Assembly (NCBI GenBank): GCA_043228905.1
Contig: JBHGNT010000022.1
Coordinates: 6,138,001-6,202,000 of the forward strand
Reading direction: 5' to 3'
Length of the DNA stretch: 64,000 nt
DNA from: Azolla caroliniana
Lineage: Eukaryota > Plantae > Polypodiophyta
Position 1 is the first letter of the stretch. Each line of letters opens with the position of its first letter. This document shows, piece by piece, positions 14,041-27,199 of this stretch. The notes beneath the pieces are model-generated. The model saw nothing but the letters and a program-made list of their open reading frames with translations. It was not told the DNA's origin and ran no database searches. The position numbers and the translations under genes were made by a program.

Positions 14041-14108
14041 GGAATGGTGGGGGTTGAACCCATGACCTTCTGGTCATATTGGGCAACCTTACCAATTGAG
14101 CTACATCC
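14041..14108 (-). promoter_or_regulatory. tRNA-like Pol III A-box/B-box module inside an LTR (not a functional tRNA)
   Basis: GGATGTAGCTCAATTGGTAAGG...GAAGGTCATGGGTTCAACCCCCACCATTCC. The anticodon arm is degenerate. Confidence 0.7.
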
Positions 14109-14953
14109 ATCTACGCATCATTGTATTGTGTAAGGCTCAACTTATTTCATTATAGATTGATCACTGGAACTTTCAAGAACCTTCTAGAGAATGCATCTTC
14201 ATGCACTCTCTAGAAGTCCTCTAGCTTTCATGCATACCTCCACATTCTTGTATAAATATTAGGGTGCACCTTGATTACAATCAAGGTGAACAACACCAAT
14301 TACGAAACCATATACAATACTTCTTTTTTTGTCTATCCTCTCTCTTGCTTGTTCTCTTGTCTATGCTCTGTCTCCTGCTATCTCTTAATATTGAGCCTCG
14401 TCTACTTGTCCTTGACAATCTTGTGAACTTGCTTATGTTGTCGCTCTCTCTTAGTACTTAGCCTCATTCCACCCGTTCGTGACAGCTATCAATGGAGCTC
14501 TAACAGAAACACGATGTCTCTACCATTGCCACTCCAACCATCATCACCCCCTCTCTACATTCATCATCCCCTCCTCATATTATCCTTTCTCTCTGTGTAT
14601 TCATGGGCCAAAATTGGCCTTAGAAGTCGTTAATATATCTTTCTTTCTTTCTTTCTTTCTAAGTATCTTCTCATCCCTGCATGCGTATCTCTATCTCTAT
14701 GTTTGATTATATCCATCCATCCATCTATTAATCTATATAACTTCTTATCCATCTCTCTATCTCTCTGCCGGACTTCTTGGAGCTCTCTTCTTGCCCACAA
14801 AGCTTCCTTGTCACCATAATCCTCCATGGGAGCTTCCAACAGTAGATCAGGAACCTTATCCGTACCAGTCAATGAAGATGACTCATTTTACAATCCGTCT
14901 ACCCTCACCAAACTCTCTGAAACCTCGCCCACCTCCTTGCCCCTCTTTTTGCC

Positions 14954-15589
<636 letters not shown>

Positions 15590-16664
15590 TAGTTTGCATT
15601 GATACATCCTTGCTCTCTCCAGCTCTCATTCTGTTCGATCCTCTCTCTGTATAGTGGTTAATGGCAACCGCCCTGTTTCTTATTCCTCCCTTCCTTCTTG
15701 ATCAAGAGATCAGCGTCGCCGCAACATGAATATAAGTACTGATCTGATAATAAACTCACAGAGGGAGGATCAAGCGCAGACGAATCAGCAAAGATGTAGC
15801 ACATGCAATCAAGGTAGTATTGTGACAATTGGCTACTCAATCCAGAGATCGTGATCGAGAGCATGATTGTGAGCAAGATCTCAGATCTGCTTCAATCTCA
15901 CATAAGCAACACCTCTGAGATCCCACATGGTGCGATCAATTCGGATGATCGATATGAGGTTAACCAAGGTAAGGAGGAAACAACGCAAATAAGAAAGGAA
16001 GCGTATGCAAATGAAGAAGAAGAATGTGAGAAACAAGAGGTGGGAAGATGAGAAGATACAAATAGATACAAACAGAAACGAAGAGAAAAAGAAAAAACGA
16101 AACAAGAAAAGAGGGGCATGACAATAAAAATGACAAGGGCATGGTGAAGGATTTCAAAAGCTCAAGGGTATGCGACAGAATATAAAAAAACCGGAGGGTA
16201 GAAGAGGAAATTTCGAAAACTCAAGGGCAGAAAATGAAAATTTTAAAAATGAGGGGTACAACATAGAATTTCGGAAACGCAAGGGTACAAAAAAACTCAT
16301 CACTACGGAAGAAATATATATATGTATATATATACACACCCACAATCATTAATAAACCTAAACAACTGTACACACCCACAATCATTAATAAACCTAAACA
16401 ACTGTACCACAATGGATAAGTTGATTGGTCTGCGATCCAATCGTGCAATTATGCTGACCGAATGAGACAGTTCGTGTCAAGCCAGATCCGATGGAAGCTA
16501 TCGATCGTAGATCAGTTGTCATGAAGGCATACATTTTGGCCTTACAAGTATTCGAGCCCAAGACATCTTGGTCTATATGTTAGACCTTTAACCATTACAA
16601 TAACATATATGATGTATAGTTATAATAAATGTATTATTAGTTATTACAAGATATTTAGAGTCTA

Positions 16665-16760
16665 CTAGAACATTCTAGAGTATTCTAGAACATTCTAGGA
16701 TATTCCGTGATTATATTAAATATCTAAAATATCTAAAATATTCTAGAACATTCTAGAATA
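16665..16760 (+). promoter_or_regulatory. Heat-shock-element-like array in LTR U3
   Basis: Alternating nGAAn/nTTCn units, e.g. TTCTAGAACATTCTAGAA at 16741-16758, upstream of TATAAAT. Confidence 0.6.
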
Positions 16761-16931
16761 CTCCATAAGGACCTATAAATAGGTTTCTATTCATTCATCA
16801 CAACTCATTCGGTTCAACACCAGTTTGTAGCCCCTTCGCCTACTCTTTGTAATCCTTGCTCTCTTATAATATAAACTCTCTCTCCATTTCTAGTGTTGTC
16901 TTTCTCTCTCCTATTCTCAAGTCTCGACAGT

Positions 16932-16942
16932 TTGAACCGAAT
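16932..16942 (+). promoter_or_regulatory. Self-priming PBS (Tf1 type)
   Basis: TTGAACCGAAT is the exact reverse complement of ATTCGGTTCAA (16807-16817), which lies about 30 nt after TATAAAT in the LTR. There is no TGG tRNA-type PBS. Confidence 0.75.
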
Positions 16943-17518
16943 ATCTCTCTTTTCTTCTTCTCCAACTTCTTCTTCTTATCTTAACCTTATTCATGCAAAT
17001 CTAGCAATTTTCTCTCGCAACTATAGAGTCCGTCAGCAAGAAAGAATATATGTGTTTTCTCTCCGAGCTTGACATGCTAACAACCAAATTCGTGGCACTG
17101 GAGCATGAAAATCAAAGATTGTTGGGAGACCTACAACAAGTAAGTGCTGAGAAAGTACAACAATATGAAAAATTATCTCAACCGGTGCATCAATTGGAGA
17201 CTACTCTATTGCAACGACAAGTGGCGGAAGTTCAAACCTCATCGAAGGAAGCCAAGCTTAGTCTGCCGGCCAAGTTTGATGGTACAAGGTCTCAATTTCG
17301 TGGATTTTTAAATCAGGTACGGCTTGTGATTAAATTGCATCCTAGCCATTACTCAACTGATGTTGCTCGTCTGGGACTAGTTGGTACCTTGTTAACGGGT
17401 ACCGCATTAGCGTGGTTTGTACCACTGCTAGAGAAACACTCACCATTATTAGAAGATTTTGAAGGGTTTATTAATGAGTTCCAAGACAACTTTGGAGACA
17501 CCGATAATATGAGGACCG

Positions 17519-20500
17519 TGTTGAGCGGCAAGCTCAACCGGATCCGGATCGGCTGAATAAGCCTGAGCCGGATCGGCATCCGGAAGGATGAGCCGGATCG
17601 GTGAGCTGGTGAGCTTGGGAGCCGATTAGCCGAATCAAGTAGTAACCTGAAGCCTAGTAGCAGCCTAGACTACTAGGTAGTTAATGTCTCATAGTTAGTG
17701 TCAGTCGCACTTGTGAGCATTGAAGTACTTGTCAGTACTACTGTCAGTGTTGTTTAGCAGGTTGTATCTATAGAGTTTTAGAGTTAATTTTGTTTTAATA
17801 TAGTTTTATGTTCTGCTCTCTCTGTCTCCTTTGTGTTTGAAGCTTTTCCATTAAACCTTCATCTCATTTTCTGTTGCTATCCGGCTGAGCCGGTTCGGTC
17901 TAACGCTTCTGCACATAAACACTCACATTGTATCAAGGCACAAGGGTTGAAAACTGCTACAACCGTCGCTTGCTTTCGTAGACAAACCCTAGAACTCGGT
18001 AACAACAGAACAGAAAGAGAAGTGATGGACAGAGGAATGGCTAGCTCGCTCCTAGTGGAGAAGCTCGATAGATCCAACTACGCATCTTGGTCATACAAGA
18101 TGCACCAGTACCTGCTTGGGCTTGGCTACTAGAGCTATGTCGACGGAGCTAATGACACAACACCTGATGCGGCACACAAGGACTTCCAAGTGTGGGAACA
18201 AGCGGCAAGCTGAGTGATGTACTACTTTGCGTCCAGTGTTAGAGACCAGCTGCTGAGCCATGTCCGAGATGCCAAGACGCCGAAAGAAGCTTGGGGAAAC
18301 CTGAAGAAATTTTTCGCGGCAAGCGCTATGGCCCGGAAGCTACAACTCCGACAAGAGTTGAGCAATGTCTGACAGAAGGATATGTCGGTAGTCGATTATA
18401 CGGCCCGAATCAAAGAAATTTGTAACTCCCTTGCCTCTATCAACGTCACTATAGAGGAAGATGAGATGGTGCAGATCTGTTTTGGGGACCTAGCGTCTAT
18501 GTTTAGAGCATTCCAAACGGCGGTATGTACAAGGGAGAATACGTCGTCATTTTTTGACTTACAGTCAATGCTCCTTCTAGAGGAGAACCACGCCGGTGCG
18601 TCAACAAGTGCACCCACCGACAGCCGGATGTTGTACATGGAAGCGGATCGGCCTCGTGGGCATGGTGGACCATGTGGGTCGGCTCGCAATGATAGCGGCC
18701 AGCAAGAGTAGGATCGAAGGTGCAGAGAACGTGCCGACATCAGTTCCGGACCCTCCCAAGCACGGGGAGTCAAGGCGATGCCAAAGGCCGGCAAGCAAAG
18801 GCCGACATCGAATGCTGGTACTATGGTAAAAAGGGCCACAGAGAAAACGAGTGCTGGAAGAAGCGTGCCGATTTGGACAGATCCGGATCCAACAAACCCA
18901 GCAAAGAGAACTGGCAATACTCGCATTACGCAGAACGATCAAGAGGATCCAAAACCGGAAAAGCCGGAAAAGGGCCAGCCTTGCTAATGAAACACGAGGC
19001 TAACTTGATGAAGAAGACCACTTCCAAATCGGAGGAAGTGTAGTACATTGATTCTGGTGTGTCGAATCACATGACAAGCCACAAAGAGTGGTTCTCTTTC
19101 GTGGAGAAATCGGAACAACCGGGAGTTGTTGAAACCGGAGACGACACTCCCCACCCAATCGTGCATGTCAGAGAAGTCCCTTTGAGCCACGTCGGACAGA
19201 GGGGGAAATTGATGAATGTATTATACGTTCCGACTATCACGAAGAACCTGGTATTAGTCGGTCAAATTGTTGACCAGGGGATGAAGGTGCGGTTTATGCA
19301 CCTTGGGTGCTTCATCGAGGAAGAGGGCCAGATTATTGCACAAGGGCGCAAAGATGGAAGGATGTTCATCCTCGACACCAATGAAGTTGAGACTGCTTTG
19401 TTCGCCAAAGGACAGAAGATTGAATCGGATATTGATCTCTGGCACAAGCAGATCGGCCATGTCAATTATCGGAGGCTTCAAGACCTACAAGCAAAACAAG
19501 TTGTTTTTGGTTTGCAGAAATTTAGCAACCGGAAGGTTGAAATTTGTGAAGCCTGCCAACTAGGGAAGCAACACCGGCTTCCATTCCCCACTGATCAAAA
19601 CCGGAGTCATAACAAGATCGACTTAATCCATGCGGATGTATGGGGACCATCACAAAACGTTAGTCTTGCTGGGAGTCGGTATTTCGTCTCCTTCATCGAC
19701 GACTACAGTCGGCACACGTGGATCTACCACATTGAGAGGAAGAGCAACGTCTTCAAGTGCTTCCAGAACCTGCAAAGCCTGGTTGAACGGGAAACTAAGA
19801 GGAAGATGAAGTGCATGCGGTCGGATGGCGGAAAAGAATATTTTTCTGGCCAATTCAACAATTATCTGCAGCAAAAAGAAATTCGGAGGGAGTTCAGTTG
19901 TAGATACACACCGGAGCAAAACGGTGTGGCCTAAAGGAAGAACCGGTTGATTGTCGACATGATAAGGCGAATGTTGGAGGAGAAGAGCATGCCCCATTTC
20001 TACTAAGCCGAGGCGAATGTTGGAGGAACTGGCGAGTAGTGAAGACTCCGCCATGCTCTCCCCACGCAAGGAACCAAGGAGACGGTTCACATGCAAGGAA
20101 AAGGGGAAGAGGAAAAAGCCGGAGGACGAGACCGACAATGGTGAGTTGATTGAAGCAGATCCAACTCCAAAAAAGAAGAAGGTGAATCTTCGGCAATGAA
20201 GACCGAACCGGCCAAGAAGGGCCTCAAACCGGGCAACGATCAGTTACGCCGGTCTTCTCGCCAGAGGAACCCCGTTACACGGTACGGGTACAATGAGTAC
20301 AAGGTCCATCATTATGTGTACATGACCAAGGTGGCGGAAGTGCGTGAGCCAGAGAGCTATGCAGAAGTGGAAAACGACGCAAATTGGCATGCCACTATGG
20401 AGGAAGAAATGCGGGCACGATGCCAAGGATACATGGGACCTAGTTGACCCTCCCCGACACTATAAACCGATCGGATGTAAGTGGGTATACAAGGTAAAGT

Positions 20501-23138
20501 ACAATGTCGATGGTTCGGTTAACCGGTACAAGGCCCGGTTAGTGGCGAAGGGATACGTGTAGTTGGTTGTAGAAGGGTATTCTTCCGAAAAGAAAACGAG
20601 CCTCGCAAACCCACGGAATCGACTATGACGACACCTTCGCTCCGGTAGCGAAGATGACGACGGTTCGTGTGGTGGTCGTGGTTGCTGCGGCAAGGGGGTG
20701 GCATCTGCACCAGATGGACGTGAAGAATGCATTTCTTCAAGGAGATCTTGAAGAAGAGGTATTTATGACCCAACCCCCCGGTTTCCATTCGGAGATAAAC
20801 AAGTCAGCGGTATGCCGGCTGAAGAAGTCACTTTAAGGCCTCAAGCAAGCCCCCCAACCTTGGAATGCGAAGATCACATACCGGTTGCATAAGATGGGGT
20901 TTACGGCCTCCAAGTTTGACTCTTCGTTGTTCATTCAGCAAGGTCCGGATGGTTCGGTTTGCATCTTGATGTATGTTGATGATCTAGTCATCACCGGACC
21001 TGGACTTGATGAAATCAGCCAAGTCAAGTCCCAGCTGTTAGACGCACTTGAAATGAAGGACCTGGTCGAGGTGATCCAAACCCCCGATGGCATATTGCTC
21101 TCACAAAGACACTATGTGTTGAATATGTTGTACAAGTTTAGCATGACGGAATGCCGACTGATCTCTACAGCCCTGGACCGGAACCAGAAGCTCCATCCCG
21201 ACTCCGGACCGGCCTGTGATGAGAAGCGGTTCCGACAAATCGTCAGAAGCCTCATATACTTGACAATCACCCGACCCGACACCAGTTATCCAGTTGGCGT
21301 GATCAGCCAATATATGCAGCAGCCGACCTGGGAGCAACTTCTGTGCGCACATCGAATTTTGCAATATGTGAGCGGCACAAAGGACCGGGGACTGTTATAC
21401 CGGCATGGGATAACCGAAGAGCTAGTCAGCTAAACCAATGCTGACTAGGTCGGCGATGCATCGGATTGCCAATCCAGCTCCGACTATATGTTTTCCCTTG
21501 GTAGCACGGTTGTTGCGTGGAGCAGCAAAAAGCAGCCAACAGTGGCCCTTTCGAGCACTGAGGCTGAATACCGCGGCGCTACTGTTGCCACCTGTGAAGC
21601 CATTTGGCTTCGGCGATTGCTGCAAGACATGCGGATCGAGGTGCCAACCCCGATCCTGATCTATTGAGACAACATAAGCAGCATGCAGCTCGCCAAGAAC
21701 CCCGTATTCCATGCTCGCACAAAGCACATAGAACTACACTACCACTTCGTGCGTGAGTGTGTTCTGAGCGGTGAAGTCGAACTTCGGTATGTTCATACGA
21801 ATCGGCAGGTTGCCGACATCTTCACCAAACCGTTCGTATCGGACAAGTTGTAGCAGTTTACCGACATGCTTGGTGTTCAGCATCTCGACGTGCCACACTT
21901 GAGGGGGAGAACAAGCAAAGACACCGGAACGGGCAAAGGCAAAGAAACTGCTGATTGCGCCGGTGAGGGAAGAACCGACAAAGGGAGAGACAAGAAGAAG
22001 AAGGGAGCCGAGTCGACAAAGGAAGTTGACGCATCCGAACAAGTCGGAACAAGCGGCTACGGCGGTAGAGTTAAGAAGAGCAGAGTCGACCGGAAGAAGA
22101 AGGCCAAGACCCAGACATGGTCCGATGTCATGTATTTTTATGTATTTTTATATTTTCAAATTCTCATCAAGTTGAGGAACATGTGATACTAGTGCATCCA
22201 ATTTTTGTAGAGAGGGTGTATTTGCTTCGTTTTAAGAAGATTCTACAAGTGGAATGCGCAATCCTTCCACTTGTGAACGCGAACGTGTTTGTGGTGAAGG
22301 GCCTAGAACCGGAAGACAAATCGGGAGTGACTGATTCAGACAAGATTTAGAATGAATCAGAGACAGCTGATTCAGTTCAACAGACGGATTCGGAAGAACT
22401 GGATCAATTCAAGGCCAAGAGGACGAGAAGGCAGTGAAAGTCAACACCAACACGAAGGAAACGGCGAATCGGCATACGCCGAAATCACAACAACGAGGGA
22501 GCTGAATTGGGCCTGTTGAGCAAACAAGCCGACCGAGGCGGTCGAGGTGTGCAAAATCGGAAGGGTCGCAGAAAATAGAACTGGACCAGTCGAGGAGCGC
22601 GAGCGATGCGGACTAACGCCAAAAGGATCGGGTGGAAGGACCGGCTGCCATGGAGATTAACACTACAATCCGACCTCAAGTTGAGCTTGAGGGGGAGTGT
22701 TGACTGGCAAGCTCAACCGGATCCGGATCGGCTGAACAAGCCTGAGCCAGATCGACATCTGGAAGGATGAGCCGTTGAGCAAGTGAGCCGGTGAGCTGGG
22801 GAGCCGGTTAGCCAGATCAAGCAGTAATCGGAAGCCTAGTAGCAGCCTAGACTACTAGGTAGTTAATGTCTCATAGTTAGTGTCAATCGCACTTGTGAGC
22901 ATTGAAGTACCTGTCATTACTTCTGTGGGTCCTTTATGGACTTGTATAAATAGTGTTGTTTTAGCTTGTCGCACTTATCTACAGAGTTTTAGAGTTAATG
23001 TTTTTTTAATATAGTTTTATGCTTTGCTCTCTCTGTCTCCTTTGTGTTTGAAGCTTTTCCATTAAACCTTCATCTCATTTCCTGTTGTTATTCGGCTGAG
23101 CTGGTTCTGTCTGATGCTTCAGCACATTAACATTCACA
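17519..23138 (+). mobile_element. Degenerate full-length Ty1/copia element inserted in Gypsy gag
   Basis: LTRs 17519-17927 and 22698-23138. TSD GACCG/GACTG. PBS TTGTATCA (decayed Met-i). PPT GAGGGGGAG. Order gag-PR-INT-RT-RH ([37 protein letters not shown]). Integrase C-terminus deleted near 20015. Confidence 0.92.
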
Positions 23139-26100
23139 GACTGCAATAAACAAAATTCGGCGATTACGACAAGGAGATTGTCTTGCTTCTGCTTATGCTG
23201 CAGATTTTCGCCTTCTAGCATATGATATACCATGGGATGAGTCAACGTTAATGGACCAATTTCATCAAGTCCTCTGCAATGATGTGAAGGATTTACTTCT
23301 TACCTTCCATGATGATCCAAAATCTCTTATTGAAGCAGTAAGCCAGGTCATGCGATGTGACAATCGCTTATTTGAGGCGTTTTGAGCACCAACAAATGTT
23401 ATGCTTTTGACCAATAGAAACATATGCTTCGGTGGTCGCAACTCCACCCCAAGTATCAATGTCAAGTGTGGTGGAAGGCCCTACTCCAATGGAAATCGAG
23501 ACAACACGACGTCGAGCACCATTATCAGATGCTAAAAAGCAATGACGGTGAGCGAATCGTCTATGCCTCTATTGTGGTGGTTTAGGGCATATTGCTATGA
23601 ATTGTCCACATAAACCACGATGACAAGTTCACCTAGTAAGTTCTCATGACAATCCCATCTCAATTTCTTCCCCGCTTTCTCGTAACCCAAGTAGGCCTAG
23701 TACTCCCTGTCATAAAAATACATTTGATGTCTTGAGCCAAGTAGATGATGTGTTAAATGAGTAAGCCTGGCCAAAATCAGAGCCATTTGGTTGAACAGCC
23801 CTAAGCATGTAACGTATGTCCCTAGTTTTGGTTCCATTTCATCTGATCAAGTTAGTCGAGTTTTCTCTACACAAGTTGAGCTTAACACATCTAGGTGCCA
23901 TCGACTCCCAGCTTCTGCCCTCTTAGACTCTGGAGCCAACTCTTGTTTCATGGATCGTGAGTTTGCTGTAATGCATAATATTCAGTTGCATAAGCTCCCA
24001 AGCCCAGTTACTGTCGGAGTCATTGATGGACGCCCCATAACATCAGGTGATATAGTTGAAGAGTCAGAACCAAATCGTGTAGTCCTAGGCAATTTGGCTA
24101 GTGTCATCTCATTCAACATCATTAGTAGTCCAAAGCACTCCCTAGTTCTTGGTCTTCCATGGTTTGAGCTACATAACCTAACTATTGATTGGAGAAAAAG
24201 AACCATTGAAGAGGTCACAATACAGTTTGAGTCTCTTAAAACTCCAACAAAGGATATGAGATTCCAAAAGATATCGACAATCTCTACACATCAGTTACGT
24301 GAGGAATGACGGAAGGAAGACATGTTGGTGTTCGCAGTTTTAGCAACTCCCACATCGAGCTCACAAGAATGGGGGGTCCAACTATCAAAGAAATATATAG
24401 AATTCTCTGATGTGTTTGATAAGCTGAAGGCCAATAGACTACCAAATTATCGACCATATGATTGCTCGATTGATTTGCAGCCCAGAAAGGAGCCTCCATG
24501 GGGGCCAATTTATAACCTTTCGGCCACGGAGTTAGAGGTTCTTCGGGAATATATCGATGAGAACTTGAATGGGTTTATCCAGCATTCAAGATCTCCTGCC
24601 AGCGCACCCATATTTTTTGTTAAGAAGAAAGATGGTTCGCTTTGTCTGGTCGTGGATTATCGAGGATTGAATAAAGTAACTACTCGAAACTGATATGCTC
24701 TACCATTGATTTTGAGCCTTCTGGAATGCCTCAGTGGAGCTAAGTATTTCCCAACATAGATCTTCGAGGTGCTTACAATCTTGTTTGAATTCGTCCTAGG
24801 GATGAATGGAAGACCACTTTCCGTACTTGCTATGGTCATTTTGAGTATACAGTTATGCCATTTTGTCTGACGAATGCACCAACAGTTTTCCAACATATGG
24901 CGAATGACATTTTTCGAGATTCCCTCGATATTTTTGTCATAATTTACTTGGATGATGTCTTGATCTACTAAAAAACTCAAGAGGATCATGATATACACGT
25001 TCGAAAAGCTTTGCAACGGTTGCGTGAATATGGTCTCTATGCAAAATTGGAGAAGTGCAGTTTCAACTAGCGTCAAGTACAATTTTTGGGGTACATAGTC
25101 TCTACACATGGTATCTCTATGGATCTAGCATAGGTTCAAGCAGTTTTAGATTGGCAAACACCACAGTCTGTGCGAGATGTACAATGTTTTTTAGGATTCG
25201 CAAACTTTTATGGCAAGTTCATCAAAGATTATTCAAAGATCGTATTGCCCCTCACTCAACTGACATAGAAGAATCGAACCTTTGTGTGGAGTATAAATGC
25301 AAACTTTGCATTTGAAGGATTAAAGCAAGCATTTACATTCGCACCAATTTTGATGCATGTTGATCCATTGAAGCGCTTTATACTCGAAGCTGATGCACAC
25401 GACTTCCCACTAGGAAGCATATTATCCCAGATTAGTAATGATGGCCAACTGTACCATATGGCTTTTCATTCATGGAAATTCGAAGTTGTAGACATCAATT
25501 ATGAGATTCACAACAAAGAGCTTCTTGCCATTGTGGATTCTTTTCAACAATGGCGTCATTTTTTGGAGGGTTCGTCTCAACAAATCATTGTCTACAATGA
25601 TCACAAAAATCTAACGTACTTCCAAAGTGCTCGAGTCTTGAGTCGTCAACAAGCTCGTTGGGCGTAGTTCTTAACTCGTTTTAATTTCGTAATTCTATAT
25701 CGCCCTCGGACGCAACAAGGAAAAGCAGCTCTTTATCTCGGTGTTCATATATGGAACTTCAACCAGGACAGGCCACATTTGAAAGTCAGAAGCAAATCCT
25801 CTCGGGTTCCGATCGTCTACGACTAATGGCATTTCATGCTATAGACACACCCGAGGATTCAAGTCTTTTGGACTCCATTCGGGAGCATATTGACACTGAT
25901 GAATTCGCCCAAGACATTCTGAACCATATTATCCCAGATCGTGCTTCTTGTTCACAATCTCAAAATGCTCGTCACTAATCCTCGTCACTACAACCAGTTC
26001 AATTGGCATGATGGTTTACTTTTTCGACAAAATCTCTTATATGTGCCTGATGGTCCTTCTCAACTCCAAGTCTTGCAACAATGTCATGACACACCAATGG

Positions 26101-27182
26101 CAAGACATTGCGGCATCCACAAGACTTTGGCGTTAATTTCTCGAAGGTATTGGTGGCCACGACTTTGCCGTTTTGTTACGGATTATGTTCATAGTTGTGA
26201 TACATCTTGCCGATCCAAAAAACCTCCACATCATCCATATGGATTATTACAGCCAATGCCTATTCCTAAGAGTCTATGGAAATCTATTTCATTCGACTTC
26301 ATTACGGATCTACCACCTTCCAAGGCTTTTGATTCTATTCTCACTGTAGTAGATCGTTTTACGACGGAACCGGTCATCCGACTGGCGGACGGCCCCCGAT
26401 GGGACTGGATGGCGATGAAACCAACGACGGAACCAGAACCGGAATCGGACGGTGGCGGAACCGGTGACTGGAGAACTACGGAACCGGATCGGGATTCGAA
26501 CCGGAAGCAACCGGATGGCATGTAGATCGGATGGAGCGGACGGGAAGATTTATCGCGACACGCAATGTCTTGAAGTTTTCCGGTGTGAAACGAACAAAAT
26601 AGTCTAGTTCTTTGGAGGTCAAGTGAAGGTGTAATCTGCACTTAAACATTTGTAAAAACAAGACTGAAAAGCCTAGTAAAAACAAATTTGTATACAAAGG
26701 AGTGCAAGTAAGAATTTGAACCTTGCACTTCCAAGTTGAAAGTCAATAGGCTTACCACTAAGCCAAGTCATATCTTCAAAAGTTTTACTTTGATCATTTT
26801 ACATGTAAATTCTCCTACATGAGAGCTTAGATGATGACATGGCAAACATGCATTACGTGCATGTCTTGCACCCTCACTTGCACCATATGCATGTGGGCAT
26901 CTATAAAAGAGTGGAGGAATCAAGCAAGAAGAAACTAATGAAAAATTTGGGAAAAATAAGAAACTTGTTATCCTATTGTTGATGTATCTTGTCTTTCAAA
27001 TCTAAACTTAAGCATTTAATCTTTATCTCAATTTCTCACTTCCTCCATATCAATCCCTCTCAATCTATCTTAAATACTTTCTCGCTAAAGCTAGTACAAA
27101 CTTCAAATCCTTCTGGTCCAGAACCCTGGCGGTTCCGCCTCACAATCCGCACATAATGACAGATTTTCACGACATAATTAAC

Positions 27183-27199
27183 TGGTGAACCCGAAGTGA
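27183..27199 (+). promoter_or_regulatory. PBS, tRNA-Trp type
   Basis: TGGTGAACCCGAAGTGA is near-complementary to the recalled plant tRNA-Trp 3' end (..TCACGTCGGGTTCACCA). Confidence 0.7.

Larger units (their letters stand above)
8592..14484 (+). mobile_element. 5'-truncated Ty3/gypsy chromovirus (Tcn1/Tf1-like): RT-RH-INT-chromodomain, PPT, 3' LTR 14019-14484
   Basis: YLDD-region RT. RNase H (ETDAS..IGA.L, DKELL, TDHKNL). Integrase (SMDFITDLP, YHPQTDGQTE, GPF). Chromodomain (EEEYEVEQILDSR). PPT AGAGGGAGGA before TGTCA at 14019. The LTR end could be 14417 instead. Internal tandem duplication of about 140 bp at 13175-13460. Confidence 0.85.
16517..26361 (+). mobile_element. Ty3/gypsy chromovirus-type element (Tcn1/Tf1-like), 5' LTR 16517-16929, 3' end deleted
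   Basis: TGTCA..CGACA LTR. Gag (LPAKFDGTRSQFRGFL; CLYC..GH knuckle near 23560). Protease (LLDSGA). RT ([21 protein letters not shown]). RNase H. Integrase truncated at VVDRF (about 26360). Confidence 0.88.

Noticed and set aside
14041-14108. Functional tRNA gene
   Set aside because: No proper anticodon stem-loop, and it lies inside an LTR; reported as a tRNA-like module instead.
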